A stretch of 64,000 bases of DNA, from the IMG/VR virus record IMGVR_UViG_3300037808_001516, positions 64,001 through 128,000 of that record, one strand, 5' to 3'. Below are positions 18,700-28,200 of the stretch, one piece after another (position 1 is the stretch's first letter; each line of letters opens with the position of its first letter). The translations under genes and the position numbers were made by a program. Source of the DNA: a virus. The notes below the pieces were generated by a model, which was not told the DNA's origin, ran no database searches, and saw only the letters and a program-made list of their open reading frames with translations.

Positions 18700-20481
18700 A
18701 TGTCTATTTTACAAAAATTAACAGAAGGCGTACAGTCCCGCGATATGCAGGCCGAAGGTGCAGCTCTTCTTAACAAATGGGAAGCTACTGGCTTGCTTGA
18801 GGGTCTCAATGAGGGATCAGCAAAGCAAGGTATGGCAGTTCTTCTAGAAAACCAAGCAAAGGAGCTTCTCCGTGAGGCTTCTACAATGGGTGCAGGCGAT
18901 GTCGAAGGCTTCGCAGCAGTTGCATTCCCAATCGTTCGTCGTGTATTCGGCGGGTTGATTGCAAATGATCTCGTATCGGTTCAGCCAATGAGCTTGCCGT
19001 CCGGTCTCATTTTCTTTCTTGATTTCACACATAACAATTCTAAGGGTGGAGCCATCGGTGGCGATTCTATCTATGGCGGTAATGTGGTTGGTCGTCAGTT
19101 GACTGGCGGTGTTAATCTTGCAGATCCAGCCGGCTACGGCAACAACGTCGGTAAGGGTGGTCACTATGACTTCGGTCATGCACACTCATCACCAACTGGT
19201 TCTGCAACTTCAACAGCTACTCGTAGTACTGCTACCGGCGTCGGTTTTACTAGCAAGACCATCGCGAGCCTGGTTGAGGCTGATCTTAAGCTTATCGATT
19301 ATGACGTAGATATCACGGAATTAGGCAACAGCGACTCTGATGCAGAAATTACAGTTCAGGTGATTACGGACGCTGCTGAGTTAACCGCGCTTAAAGCAGC
19401 AAATATCGACCTAGAAAATCTTTCTGGCCTACAAATCGCGGCCGCTCAACTTGATACCCCTGAAAGAATGGTTCGTAGGTTAACCAAAGCAATACACAAC
19501 GCAGCAGGTGAACTTACTGGTATCCGAATCGTCCTCATCGACGAATCAGGCGCTGTCACAACCGTCGCTACCGATAATGTGGATTTCACATTCCCAGTTG
19601 TTGACGAGTTCACAAATGGTGTAGCTGCAGGTTCAGTTGTTGGTGGTGCACCATTCGGTCTTGAAGGTTCCGACAATAATGGCGGCGACTTTGATGGTGT
19701 TGGTCGCGACATAATGTCCGAGATCGACATCAAGGTTGACAGCATCGCTGTTACCGCACAGACCAAGAAGTTGAAGGCCAAGTGGTCTCCAGAGCTTGGT
19801 CAGGACCTCAACGCATACCACAACTTGGATGCAGAGGTTGAGTTGACTGGCATTCTTTCAGAGCAGATTGCTTTGGAAATTGACCGTGAGCTTCTTAGTG
19901 AGCTTGTTAACGGTGCAACCGCCGGTACTCGATACTGGAGCCGCGCTCCAGGTTTGTTTGTTAACTCTCTCGGCCAAGAAGTCGGTGCTAACACAGCTGC
20001 TCCAGACTTCACCGGTACAGTTAGCGAGTGGTACGAGACGCTCATTGAGACAATCAATGATGTAAGCGCTCAGATCCACAGAAAGACGCTTCGTGGCGGT
20101 GCAAACTTTGTTGTTTGCTCTCCAGAGGTTGCTAACATCCTTGAGTTCACCAGTGGTTTCCGCGCAAGCGTAACTGCTGACCAGGACAGAGGCACAATCG
20201 GCGCCGTCCGCGCTGGTAGCTTGAGCAAGAAGTTCGACGTTTACGTTGATCCTTACTTCTTGCGAAACGTGATCCTCGTTGGTCGTAAGGGTAGCTCGTT
20301 CCTTGAGAGCGGGTTTGTATATGCGCCTTACGTACCACTCCAGGTAACACCAACCATCTTCGGTACGGAAGACTTCATACCGCGTAAGGGTGTAATGACC
20401 CGCTACGCGAAGAAGATGGTACGACCTGACATGTACGGTCTTGTTGTTGTTCAGGATCTACTTGGTAAAGAAGGTAGATAA
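18700..20481 (+). CDS. major capsid protein (T4 gp23-like)
   Basis: LLENQ, VSVQPMSLPSGLIF, KKLKAKWSPELGQDL, EIDRE, YAPYVPL, PRKGVMTRY. Confidence 0.96.
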   Translation: MSILQKLTEGVQSRDMQAEGAALLNKWEATGLLEGLNEGSAKQGMAVLLENQAKELLREASTMGAGDVEGFAAVAFPIVRRVFGGLIANDLVSVQPMSLPSGLIFFLDFTHNNSKGGAIGGDSIYGGNVVGRQLTGGVNLADPAGYGNNVGKGGHYDFGHAHSSPTGSATSTATRSTATGVGFTSKTIASLVEADLKLIDYDVDITELGNSDSDAEITVQVITDAAELTALKAANIDLENLSGLQIAAAQLDTPERMVRRLTKAIHNAAGELTGIRIVLIDESGAVTTVATDNVDFTFPVVDEFTNGVAAGSVVGGAPFGLEGSDNNGGDFDGVGRDIMSEIDIKVDSIAVTAQTKKLKAKWSPELGQDLNAYHNLDAEVELTGILSEQIALEIDRELLSELVNGATAGTRYWSRAPGLFVNSLGQEVGANTAAPDFTGTVSEWYETLIETINDVSAQIHRKTLRGGANFVVCSPEVANILEFTSGFRASVTADQDRGTIGAVRAGSLSKKFDVYVDPYFLRNVILVGRKGSSFLESGFVYAPYVPLQVTPTIFGTEDFIPRKGVMTRYAKKMVRPDMYGLVVVQDLLGKEGR

Positions 20482-20507
20482 TACAGCTACAAGCTAGCAC
20501 AAAAGCT

Positions 20508-20540
20508 AAGCCCAGTCTTCGGACTGGGCTTTTCTTTTTC
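20508..20540 (+). terminator. Rho-independent terminator after the capsid gene
   Basis: AAGCCCAGTC-TTCG-GACTGGGCTT stem with UUCG loop, followed by a T-rich tail. Confidence 0.9.
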
Positions 20541-20557
20541 TATTGATTAAACCATGT

Positions 20558-20566
20558 ACTATTTAT
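20558..20566 (+). promoter_or_regulatory. putative late promoter ACTATTTAT
   Basis: Immediately after the terminator, before 20599. Confidence 0.7.
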
Positions 20567-20598
20567 ATTGATAACCTTAAAACAGGAGGACCCCAAAA

Positions 20599-21495
20599 AT
20601 GGGCAAGAAAAGAAGATATTTGACCAATCCCAAGAAGTTTGGCAAAAAGCATTTTGAAATTTTAGACAACATGGACGGCACTGATGACAATATTATTTCA
20701 TCGGACAACGCCGTACTAGCTATAAGAACACTAGGACTCGTAGCAAACAATGACAGGACAATCTCTCTTACAACAGAGTTGTTCGGTTCAGGTTCAGACA
20801 CAGAGTTCTTAAGGTACAAGTTCCCTGTTACTGGTGGCGTAGCAGTTCTCGCCGACATTATTGGTAGCGAGACTTGTGAGAGAAAAGTTACTTCCACTGG
20901 ATATCAGTTCACGGCTTCATTGCCGGCTAACGCTAGCGTGGCAGGCCCACTGAGAGACGCCTCCGGAAATATCTTTGTCTTGCCCACAGGTAAGACAGAT
21001 GTGTTGGCTGCCATAGGAACTAACTTTCCAGACAACATATCAACCCCAGCAAATGCAACGACTTTCTTGCAAGAGTCGGTAACAGTTAGCACGGCCCCAA
21101 TCGGCGTAACCAGTACACTCTTGGATACCTCTCTTAGTAGCACCGGCGCACTAACAATGAGTTGTACTGCTGGATTAGTTGGAACAGGTCCACAACACGG
21201 TTCTGGTTCTGGAGTTGGATCGTCTCAGGTTTACTCTATCGCTAGCGCCGTCGGTCATGGTTTCCACGTCGCCTTATCTGGCAACTTGACAGGGTCCTTG
21301 ACTTTGAGCCAGCATAGCGGTTTTGCAACGACGCCAAACTACCATGGAAGCTCATCGGTTGTTCTTTTGGCTTCCGCATCAGTTGCTGCACTTGCTGCAC
21401 AGACACTTACTGTCACATTCACTCCACTGGATGTAAACGGAGCACAATCAACAAGCGAAGCGGTATCGACAACGATGACCGTACCATTCACATAA
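20599..21495 (+). CDS. putative virion protein, basic MGKKRR N-terminus + Ser/Thr/Gly-rich beta region
   Basis: AGGAGG RBS; composition typical of structural proteins. Confidence 0.6.
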   Translation: MGKKRRYLTNPKKFGKKHFEILDNMDGTDDNIISSDNAVLAIRTLGLVANNDRTISLTTELFGSGSDTEFLRYKFPVTGGVAVLADIIGSETCERKVTSTGYQFTASLPANASVAGPLRDASGNIFVLPTGKTDVLAAIGTNFPDNISTPANATTFLQESVTVSTAPIGVTSTLLDTSLSSTGALTMSCTAGLVGTGPQHGSGSGVGSSQVYSIASAVGHGFHVALSGNLTGSLTLSQHSGFATTPNYHGSSSVVLLASASVAALAAQTLTVTFTPLDVNGAQSTSEAVSTTMTVPFT

Positions 21496-21511
21496 TACGA
21501 AAGGATAAGTA

Positions 21512-21904
21512 ATGGGTAAAAAGAAGAAGATTCTTCTCAAGTACAAGAAACTTGGCATAATAAGCAAGAAGTGGGAAAAGAAATTTGCTCACTTCTTGCA
21601 GGCCAACATCGACACATTCACTGCAAAAGTTGAAGAGACATTGGAAAAGGTTGATCAAGTTCTTGAATCAACGCAAGTTGTTATCGATTCTACAAAAGAA
21701 GTCGAACCAACTGAGCCTGTAGAAGTGGTCGTGGAAGAGAAGCCTAAAACTACAAGAAAAAGAAAGTCGCCTACAAAGAAGACTGCTACTACTGCAGATA
21801 AGAAGACGACACCAGCCAAGAAGAAGCCAACTGGTTCAACTGAAAAGAAAACCACCACTACAACTCGTAGAAGGCGAACCACCAAAACTAAAACAGAAGC
21901 CTAG
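21512..21904 (+). CDS. Lys/Thr-rich basic protein (histone-H1-like tail)
   Basis: C-terminal KPKTTRKRKSPTKKTATT...RRRRTTKTK low-complexity basic tail. Confidence 0.6.
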   Translation: MGKKKKILLKYKKLGIISKKWEKKFAHFLQANIDTFTAKVEETLEKVDQVLESTQVVIDSTKEVEPTEPVEVVVEEKPKTTRKRKSPTKKTATTADKKTTPAKKKPTGSTEKKTTTTTRRRRTTKTKTEA

Positions 21905-21965
21905 GTGAAATGGCCGCCTGGACAACTAGTTATAATGATAAACTATAACTTGTGAGGATCTGTAA

Positions 21966-23225
21966 ATGTCTCTACCAACTCTAACTCCAGCGAGCGCTCT
22001 TTCGGCCGTTGTACTTCCTGTTACTGGTGCAACCAACAAGGTAAACACCGCGGTACCATACAAGATTTACTCTGATGAAACATCGCCGCTTTACTCTTCT
22101 GAGTTTATTTCAGGCGCAGTGGATCAGGTATCTTATGTGTATAAGAAACTTGGAGGAGATGTACTAGACCTGGAGATAACAGAGGGAAATGTTTACGCTG
22201 CTTACGAAGAAGCTGTTCTGGAATATTCATACTTAATAAACGTCCACCAAGCAACAAACATTCTATCGGATACTCTAGGGAACACTACAGGATCGTTTGA
22301 TTCAAAGGGCAACATAGAGTCAGGCTCATTGTCGTCTTCGTTGGGAGGCGAACATGTAGCGCTTAAGTACCCCAAATTCGAATATAGCATGACCCGTCGC
22401 ATCGCTGATGGTGTAGGTGCAGAAGTGGGAGTTAATGGCTCGGTCCAATACTCAGCTTCTTTCGATGTTACTTTTGGTATTCAAGATTATAACCTTCAAG
22501 ATATTATAAGTTCTTCTGAAGAATACTCCGGATCAGTTGGGAACAAGACAGTGCTTATTAAGAAGGTCTTCTATAAGACCCCTCACGCCATGTGGAGATT
22601 TTTTGGTTATTACGGTGGACTGAACGTCGTGGGCAACATGCAGAGTTATGGTCAATTTTCAGACGACTCAACCTTTCAACTGATTCCGACCTGGCAAAAC
22701 AAGTCTCAAGCGCTGGCTTTCGAAGATGCAATATATACTAGAATGTCTCATTTTTCATATGAACTGAGAAATAACAACTTAAGGCTAAGCCCTATACCAT
22801 ACACTGGCGGCCCAACAAAGATGTGGGTTGAGTTCTCTATACCAACGGACGTTTGGGACAACGACGACACCGCAACTGACGGTATAAACAACATGAACAC
22901 GTTGCCGATCGGAAATCTTCCGTTTAAGAACATAAATTCAATAGGTAAGCAGTGGATCAGAAGGTTTGCCTTGGCACTATGTAAAGAGACTTTAGGGCAG
23001 GTAAGATCTAAGTTTGGAAATGTTCCAATACCAGGTCAGCAGGTCAGCTTGAACGGTACCGCACTGGTCAGTGAAGCAAAAACAGAGCAGAATGCTCTGC
23101 GAGACGAGCTAAAAACTACGCTAGCTGAACTTACATATGCTAAATTAGCCGAAGCTGATGCGAATATGCTTGAAAGTACTGAGAAAGTTTTGGATAAGGT
23201 TCCAAACTATATTTTTGTGGGGTAA
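21966..23225 (+). CDS. neck/head-tail adaptor protein (T4 gp13-like)
   Basis: KKLGGDVLDLEI, WIRRFALALCKETLGQVRSKF...IPG..V.LNG; position after the capsid gene. Confidence 0.8.
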   Translation: MSLPTLTPASALSAVVLPVTGATNKVNTAVPYKIYSDETSPLYSSEFISGAVDQVSYVYKKLGGDVLDLEITEGNVYAAYEEAVLEYSYLINVHQATNILSDTLGNTTGSFDSKGNIESGSLSSSLGGEHVALKYPKFEYSMTRRIADGVGAEVGVNGSVQYSASFDVTFGIQDYNLQDIISSSEEYSGSVGNKTVLIKKVFYKTPHAMWRFFGYYGGLNVVGNMQSYGQFSDDSTFQLIPTWQNKSQALAFEDAIYTRMSHFSYELRNNNLRLSPIPYTGGPTKMWVEFSIPTDVWDNDDTATDGINNMNTLPIGNLPFKNINSIGKQWIRRFALALCKETLGQVRSKFGNVPIPGQQVSLNGTALVSEAKTEQNALRDELKTTLAELTYAKLAEADANMLESTEKVLDKVPNYIFVG

Positions 23226-23230
23226 TGTAA

Positions 23231-23719
23231 ATGTCTGAAGATAACAAATGGTCACAACCAGCATCACCGCCGCCGCCCTTGTTTACGGGAAAGAAGGAAA
23301 AAGACCTTGTAAAGCAAGTCAACGATGAAATCATCGAAAGAGTTGTTGGGCAGACAATAGCATACTACCCAGTAAGCTTGGAGCATACAAATTTTCACGA
23401 AATCTATGGAGAAGCCATACAAAAGTCTTTTTTAAACCCAATAAGAGTCTATGCGATGGTCTCTTATGTGTCAGAGACAACCACGACCACTCCGCTTGGC
23501 GTAGACAGGGTTGAAAGAATAAAGGTATCGTTTCACAAAAGAAGATTAACAGAAGATCAGGACCTCTTTGTCAGAGAAGGGGACTTTGTACAGTACGGTG
23601 ATAACTTTTATGAAATATTGACACTCTCTGAACCGATTTGGCTTTACGGACAAGTAGAATCGAAGTTCGAAATAACCGCAGAGTGCGTCAGAGCTAGAGA
23701 GGGTTTATTTAATGTCTGA
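23231..23719 (+). CDS. neck/head-closure protein (T4 gp14-like)
   Basis: GQTIAYY...IYGE..., VREGDFV; synteny after gp13-like. Confidence 0.7.
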   Translation: MSEDNKWSQPASPPPPLFTGKKEKDLVKQVNDEIIERVVGQTIAYYPVSLEHTNFHEIYGEAIQKSFLNPIRVYAMVSYVSETTTTTPLGVDRVERIKVSFHKRRLTEDQDLFVREGDFVQYGDNFYEILTLSEPIWLYGQVESKFEITAECVRAREGLFNV

Positions 23720-24530
23720 AATTACCAACGATGTGAAAAAAGTCTACTTTGACCCATCAACTATTGAAACTATTGACAAATCTGTGTTAAACTTTATTAA
23801 AGGATTGAATCTTTTCTCGAATACTAATGAAGGGTGGAGAGAGGTTCCAGTGGTGTGGGGAACTTCAGAGAGAGCATTCCTGGTAAAGAACAGCAAGGAC
23901 ATAAGAGACCAGCAAGGGATCCTAAAGTTGCCAATAATATCGGTATATAGAAGCTCCATAGTGAAAGACATGTCGAGTAAAGGAGTATTCCAGGGCAATG
24001 TGCCTGGCAACAACGACGAACAAGGAGGAAGCCTTGTTGTGTCGAGAGTCATAAACCAAGATAAAACAAAGAACTTTGCAAACGCAGACGCAAAGAGACT
24101 CTATAAGCAGGAGAACTATCCTTACGATAATCAGAAGATTGTATACAAAACAGTCAGTGCACCAATGCCTGTAAATGTAACAGTATCATATGAAATTACG
24201 ATAAGAACAGAATATCAGCAACAAATGAACGAATTAATGTTGCCTTTTATCACAAAACCTGGTACTATAAACTATGTAAATTTACAAGAAAGCGAACACA
24301 GATTTGAAGGATTCGTAGACGGAAACTTTAATGACCAAGGAAACTTGCAGAACTTCTCTTCTGATGAGAGAAGGTTTGAGACCAAGATATCATTAAGAGT
24401 TGTCGGGTATTTAGTCGGTGAAGACAAAAATGGAGAAAGACCACACTACTCGATCCGAGAAAATTTTGTAGAAGTAAAGATGCCAAAAGAAAGAATTATA
24501 ATAGATCCCGATGAGTGGGACAAGACATAA
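23712..24530 (+). CDS. tail terminator/sheath stabiliser (T4 gp15-like)
   Basis: VPVVWG...ER, LPIIS, PMPVNVTVSYEITI..EYQQQMNEL; synteny. Confidence 0.7.
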   Translation: MSEITNDVKKVYFDPSTIETIDKSVLNFIKGLNLFSNTNEGWREVPVVWGTSERAFLVKNSKDIRDQQGILKLPIISVYRSSIVKDMSSKGVFQGNVPGNNDEQGGSLVVSRVINQDKTKNFANADAKRLYKQENYPYDNQKIVYKTVSAPMPVNVTVSYEITIRTEYQQQMNELMLPFITKPGTINYVNLQESEHRFEGFVDGNFNDQGNLQNFSSDERRFETKISLRVVGYLVGEDKNGERPHYSIRENFVEVKMPKERIIIDPDEWDKT

Positions 24531-24554
24531 ATCAAAAAAGAAAGGATACTTAAT

Positions 24555-24875
24555 ATGTCAGAAGAAAACAACAAAGAGCAAGAAAACGCGCCACAATCAC
24601 AGGAGGTCGTAGAGATCGAATGGGAGGAAGTCAAGGAACTTGTCAGTGTCAGAGCAGCACTAAGCCAAACAGAGAACGAACTAGCACGGTTTATGCTACA
24701 GGCTGAGAGAAGAAAGAACATGCTGGTGGCAAAAGTAGAGCAACTCGAAGCTGGCCTCTATCAGTTGGGTTCAGAGCTTAGAAGTCAGAAAGAGATTGAT
24801 GACTCATTTACTTACGAGTTAAAATTACCATCCCAGATTGGGGAAAAGGGCTATTTTCTCCGGAAAGATTCATAA
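24555..24875 (+). CDS. hypothetical coiled-coil protein
   Basis: 106-aa ORF with AAGGA RBS. Confidence 0.6.
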   Translation: MSEENNKEQENAPQSQEVVEIEWEEVKELVSVRAALSQTENELARFMLQAERRKNMLVAKVEQLEAGLYQLGSELRSQKEIDDSFTYELKLPSQIGEKGYFLRKDS

Positions 24876-24936
24876 ACACCACCACAGCAGACTACTTAGG
24901 TTATAACCGCAAGTTCAACATAACAAGGAGAGAGCG

Positions 24937-25149
24937 ATGTATACAACTAGCGACATAGGCATAGCAGCTTATCTGCAACTAAGGAAGTTTAAGCTTACGG
25001 AGTGTAGGAGATTGGACTCTGGGAAGTTTCATTTTGTCTTTGAAGACCCTAATAATCAATGCTCGGTAATTGCACTTGAGTTTCTAGATTCTGACTTTTG
25101 CAGATTTGATAACAACGTTAGAAACTTAAAGAAAATTCTCTTCTCTTAG
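24937..25149 (+). CDS. DUF5659-like small protein
   Basis: YTTSDIGIAAYL...FHFVF pattern; AAGGAG RBS. Confidence 0.6.
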   Translation: MYTTSDIGIAAYLQLRKFKLTECRRLDSGKFHFVFEDPNNQCSVIALEFLDSDFCRFDNNVRNLKKILFS

Positions 25150-25160
25150 TGTAATCGGAA

Positions 25161-25169
25161 ACTATTTAT
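25161..25169 (+). promoter_or_regulatory. putative late promoter ACTATTTAT followed by a long AT-rich leader
   Basis: About 110 nt upstream of the fibre gene start. Confidence 0.65.
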
Positions 25170-25278
25170 AAGCAGACGTTCGTTAGCTTCATTTAAATAA
25201 CATTCCCTCATATTTAATACTCTTATATTTTATAAAATAATATTATTTTTTATATAACATATATAGGAGGAAAAATAT

Positions 25279-28200
25279 ATGGCTTATGAAATAAGTTCTT
25301 CCGTCGCAAACTCTACTTTCGCTATTCAGGGGGTGACCTCATCCGTTACAAACGGATTCGAGCAAGGCGGCAAGTTTAGCCCAGACGGAACGAAATTGGC
25401 TGTGGGCACATATCGCCATGGCGGAGCCGGATCAACGGACTATGGTATAGACATCTATACCTCAGCCTCATCTGGCGGATGGACTCGAACAGAATCCATC
25501 GACACCGGAACCAGCGGCCCCGGGGCCCACATGGAGTGGTACTCAGCCACTAATATCTTTGCGATTGTTGGAAACAACATCAAAAACTTTCTCAGTGGCG
25601 CTTCTGGTTGGTCAGCCGGTCAGGTTAACGTTGCAACTGGTGGTGATCGTTACTTTGAATTCAACCCAAGTAAAACGATTCTCGCAACATGGAAAGGTAC
25701 AGACCAAAACTGGAGGTCTATCTATTCAGGCTCAGGAAACTGGACTTCAACATCAGACCAGTCCGCAGGCAGCTATGGCGACCTGCAGAGTTTGGCTTGG
25801 ATATCTGATGATGTTATCGCTTTAGGTTATCCAGAGAACTCATCCTACAGAGGTATCTTGTTGACTTACAAGACAACTAACGGTGGCTCTAGCTATAGCA
25901 TGGCTGAATATCTGAATGGCGATTCAGTCCAGTTGCCAGGTATGGGTGCTGCTTTGTATTATCACACGTCGAGCAACGCTCTTCTCGTGGGAACACGCGC
26001 CGCTGCAGCTGACACTGAGAATGCTAAAAACAAGCTAATCTTGATCCAGTCAGGTTCTGAAGGTCACCTACCTGCGAGCTATACCTCTCACACGGTTATA
26101 GACTCTGGTAAAAGACCGATAGACGGCTTTCAGACTGCACCACAGTCTGGAAACGGTGATAGAGTGCTCATGGTTACCCATGATGACGGTGCTGACGATG
26201 CTGACTTGTTAGCAATCGAATCCGGATCGGCCGGATGGAAAGTTACAGTAATCGATGATAACATTCAAGGCCCAAGTTCGGAAGGTAATATTGATATATC
26301 ATCTCTCGGTGCTGTTGTTTCGAATGACATTGGAAACGGCTCCGGCCAGGCTACCTTTGTAGTCAGGCAGATGATATCTGCAGACCCAGCACTTGCATCT
26401 ACTGTTGCATCGACTGTTGGCAGTTCCGGAGGAACCGTTAAGGCAGGTGGTACTAATTCATCCCCTGTAGGTCAGGTTGTAATACCGTCAAACGCGCTTG
26501 GCGGTAATGTGTCCGTCAGTGTTGATACCGCGCATGCGTCGTCGTCCGTCAAATTAGGCTTAAGAACGCTAGGAGAAGCTTCTAGTAATATAATTCGCCT
26601 AACGCCACATGGCACAAAGTTTAGTTCAGCAGTTACAGTTACGATTCGTTTGAAAGATGGAGCTTCAACCGACAACTTACAGTTGTTGAAAAGAAACAGT
26701 GAAACCGGACAATGGTATGATACCGGAGTCAGCTTATCTGTTTCTTCAGGCACAGTATCTTTCACCACTACTAGCTTTAGTGATTATATAATAATAGGAG
26801 GACAAAAAGTGGCTAGAACAAAAATAAATAATATACAATTAGATAGATTAGAGAGGGCAAACTCGGTCTTAGCTTCGGCTTTGAACCTTACAGCTTCGGC
26901 AAACACAGTTGCACTGGATGTGATTGATTCAGACAGATTTTTACTGCAATCAGCAAGTGGAGAATCTCAGATAGTCTCAGCATCGGCTATAGCAACATAT
27001 ATGGCAACAAAGGTACAGCCTACCCATATCCAAACAACGGATACGGACACAGCAGGGACATATAGAGTCACGTTTACAGACTCAACAGACACAGATACTA
27101 CATCACAAATCTTTACTGATGGTGATCTAGTTTTTAATGCAGGAACAAATGCTTTAAGCATGGCAATCCTGTCAGCATCATCAGATATCAGCGGCTCAGC
27201 TGCACTTTTCGTAGGATCTAGTGCAACCGTTAATAATGGGCTCACAGTCACTGCTGGTGGCGCAACAGTTACAGCGGGCGGACTTACCGTCTCGGCTGGC
27301 GGAGCAAGCATAACAGGACCAGTAACTTCATCTGCAGCTGTAAGGACCGGTGCAGGCTTGATTACTGGTCAATCTATTTTGGACATTGGTACAGACAGTG
27401 ATCCTGATGCACTAAGAGTTGGTTCAAGTAATGTTAATGTTTCATTGTCTCTTGAGTCGAGTGGTCCATCCTCCGGTGCATTTACTGTAGCCGGCGGCGT
27501 CGGTATCGGCGACGACCTTTTCGTCGGTAATGAAATATCTGGTTCTGGTGATCTTAAAGCAGGAACCATCACCATGGCGGAATTCACTGTTGCTAGAAAT
27601 GGTAACACTGATATTGATGGTACCTTGAACGTTGAAGGTGTTCCAACTTTTCAAGCTGGTGCAGTCTTTTCGTCCGGTATTACAACCGCAGGTGCAATTG
27701 CAGGGGCAACAACAATCTCTGGTTCGAGCACAATCTCAGGCCATGCCTTGGATATCGAAACGGATGCAAACGTCGCAGGTGACCTTACTGTTGTTGGTGA
27801 TCTTGTAATTCAGGGCGCCACAACAACGATTGAAACCACAAATCTTCTCGTGGAAGATAGCTTGATTGAGATCGCCCGCGGCAATGGCGGCTCTAGAGCA
27901 TCCAATGCAGGAGCTGGTCTCTTTATTTCTGGTACATTGGCTAACGATGTTTCACTTACTGTACAAGGCAGCGGCGGACGACTTAGAGTCAGCGGTTCCA
28001 CCCCTGGTTTTGATACTGTGTTTGGCGGTTCTTACGCCATCAACGGAAGCTCGGTCCTCAACAACACAACACTTGGAAGCTCTGTTGTTAATTCAAGCTT
28101 GACTTCCCTCGGGACACAAGCAGAAGCGTTGAACATGGGCTCTCAGGGCATTACTGCTGCTGGCGCAATCGCTGGTGCATCAACTGTATCTGGTTCTGGT

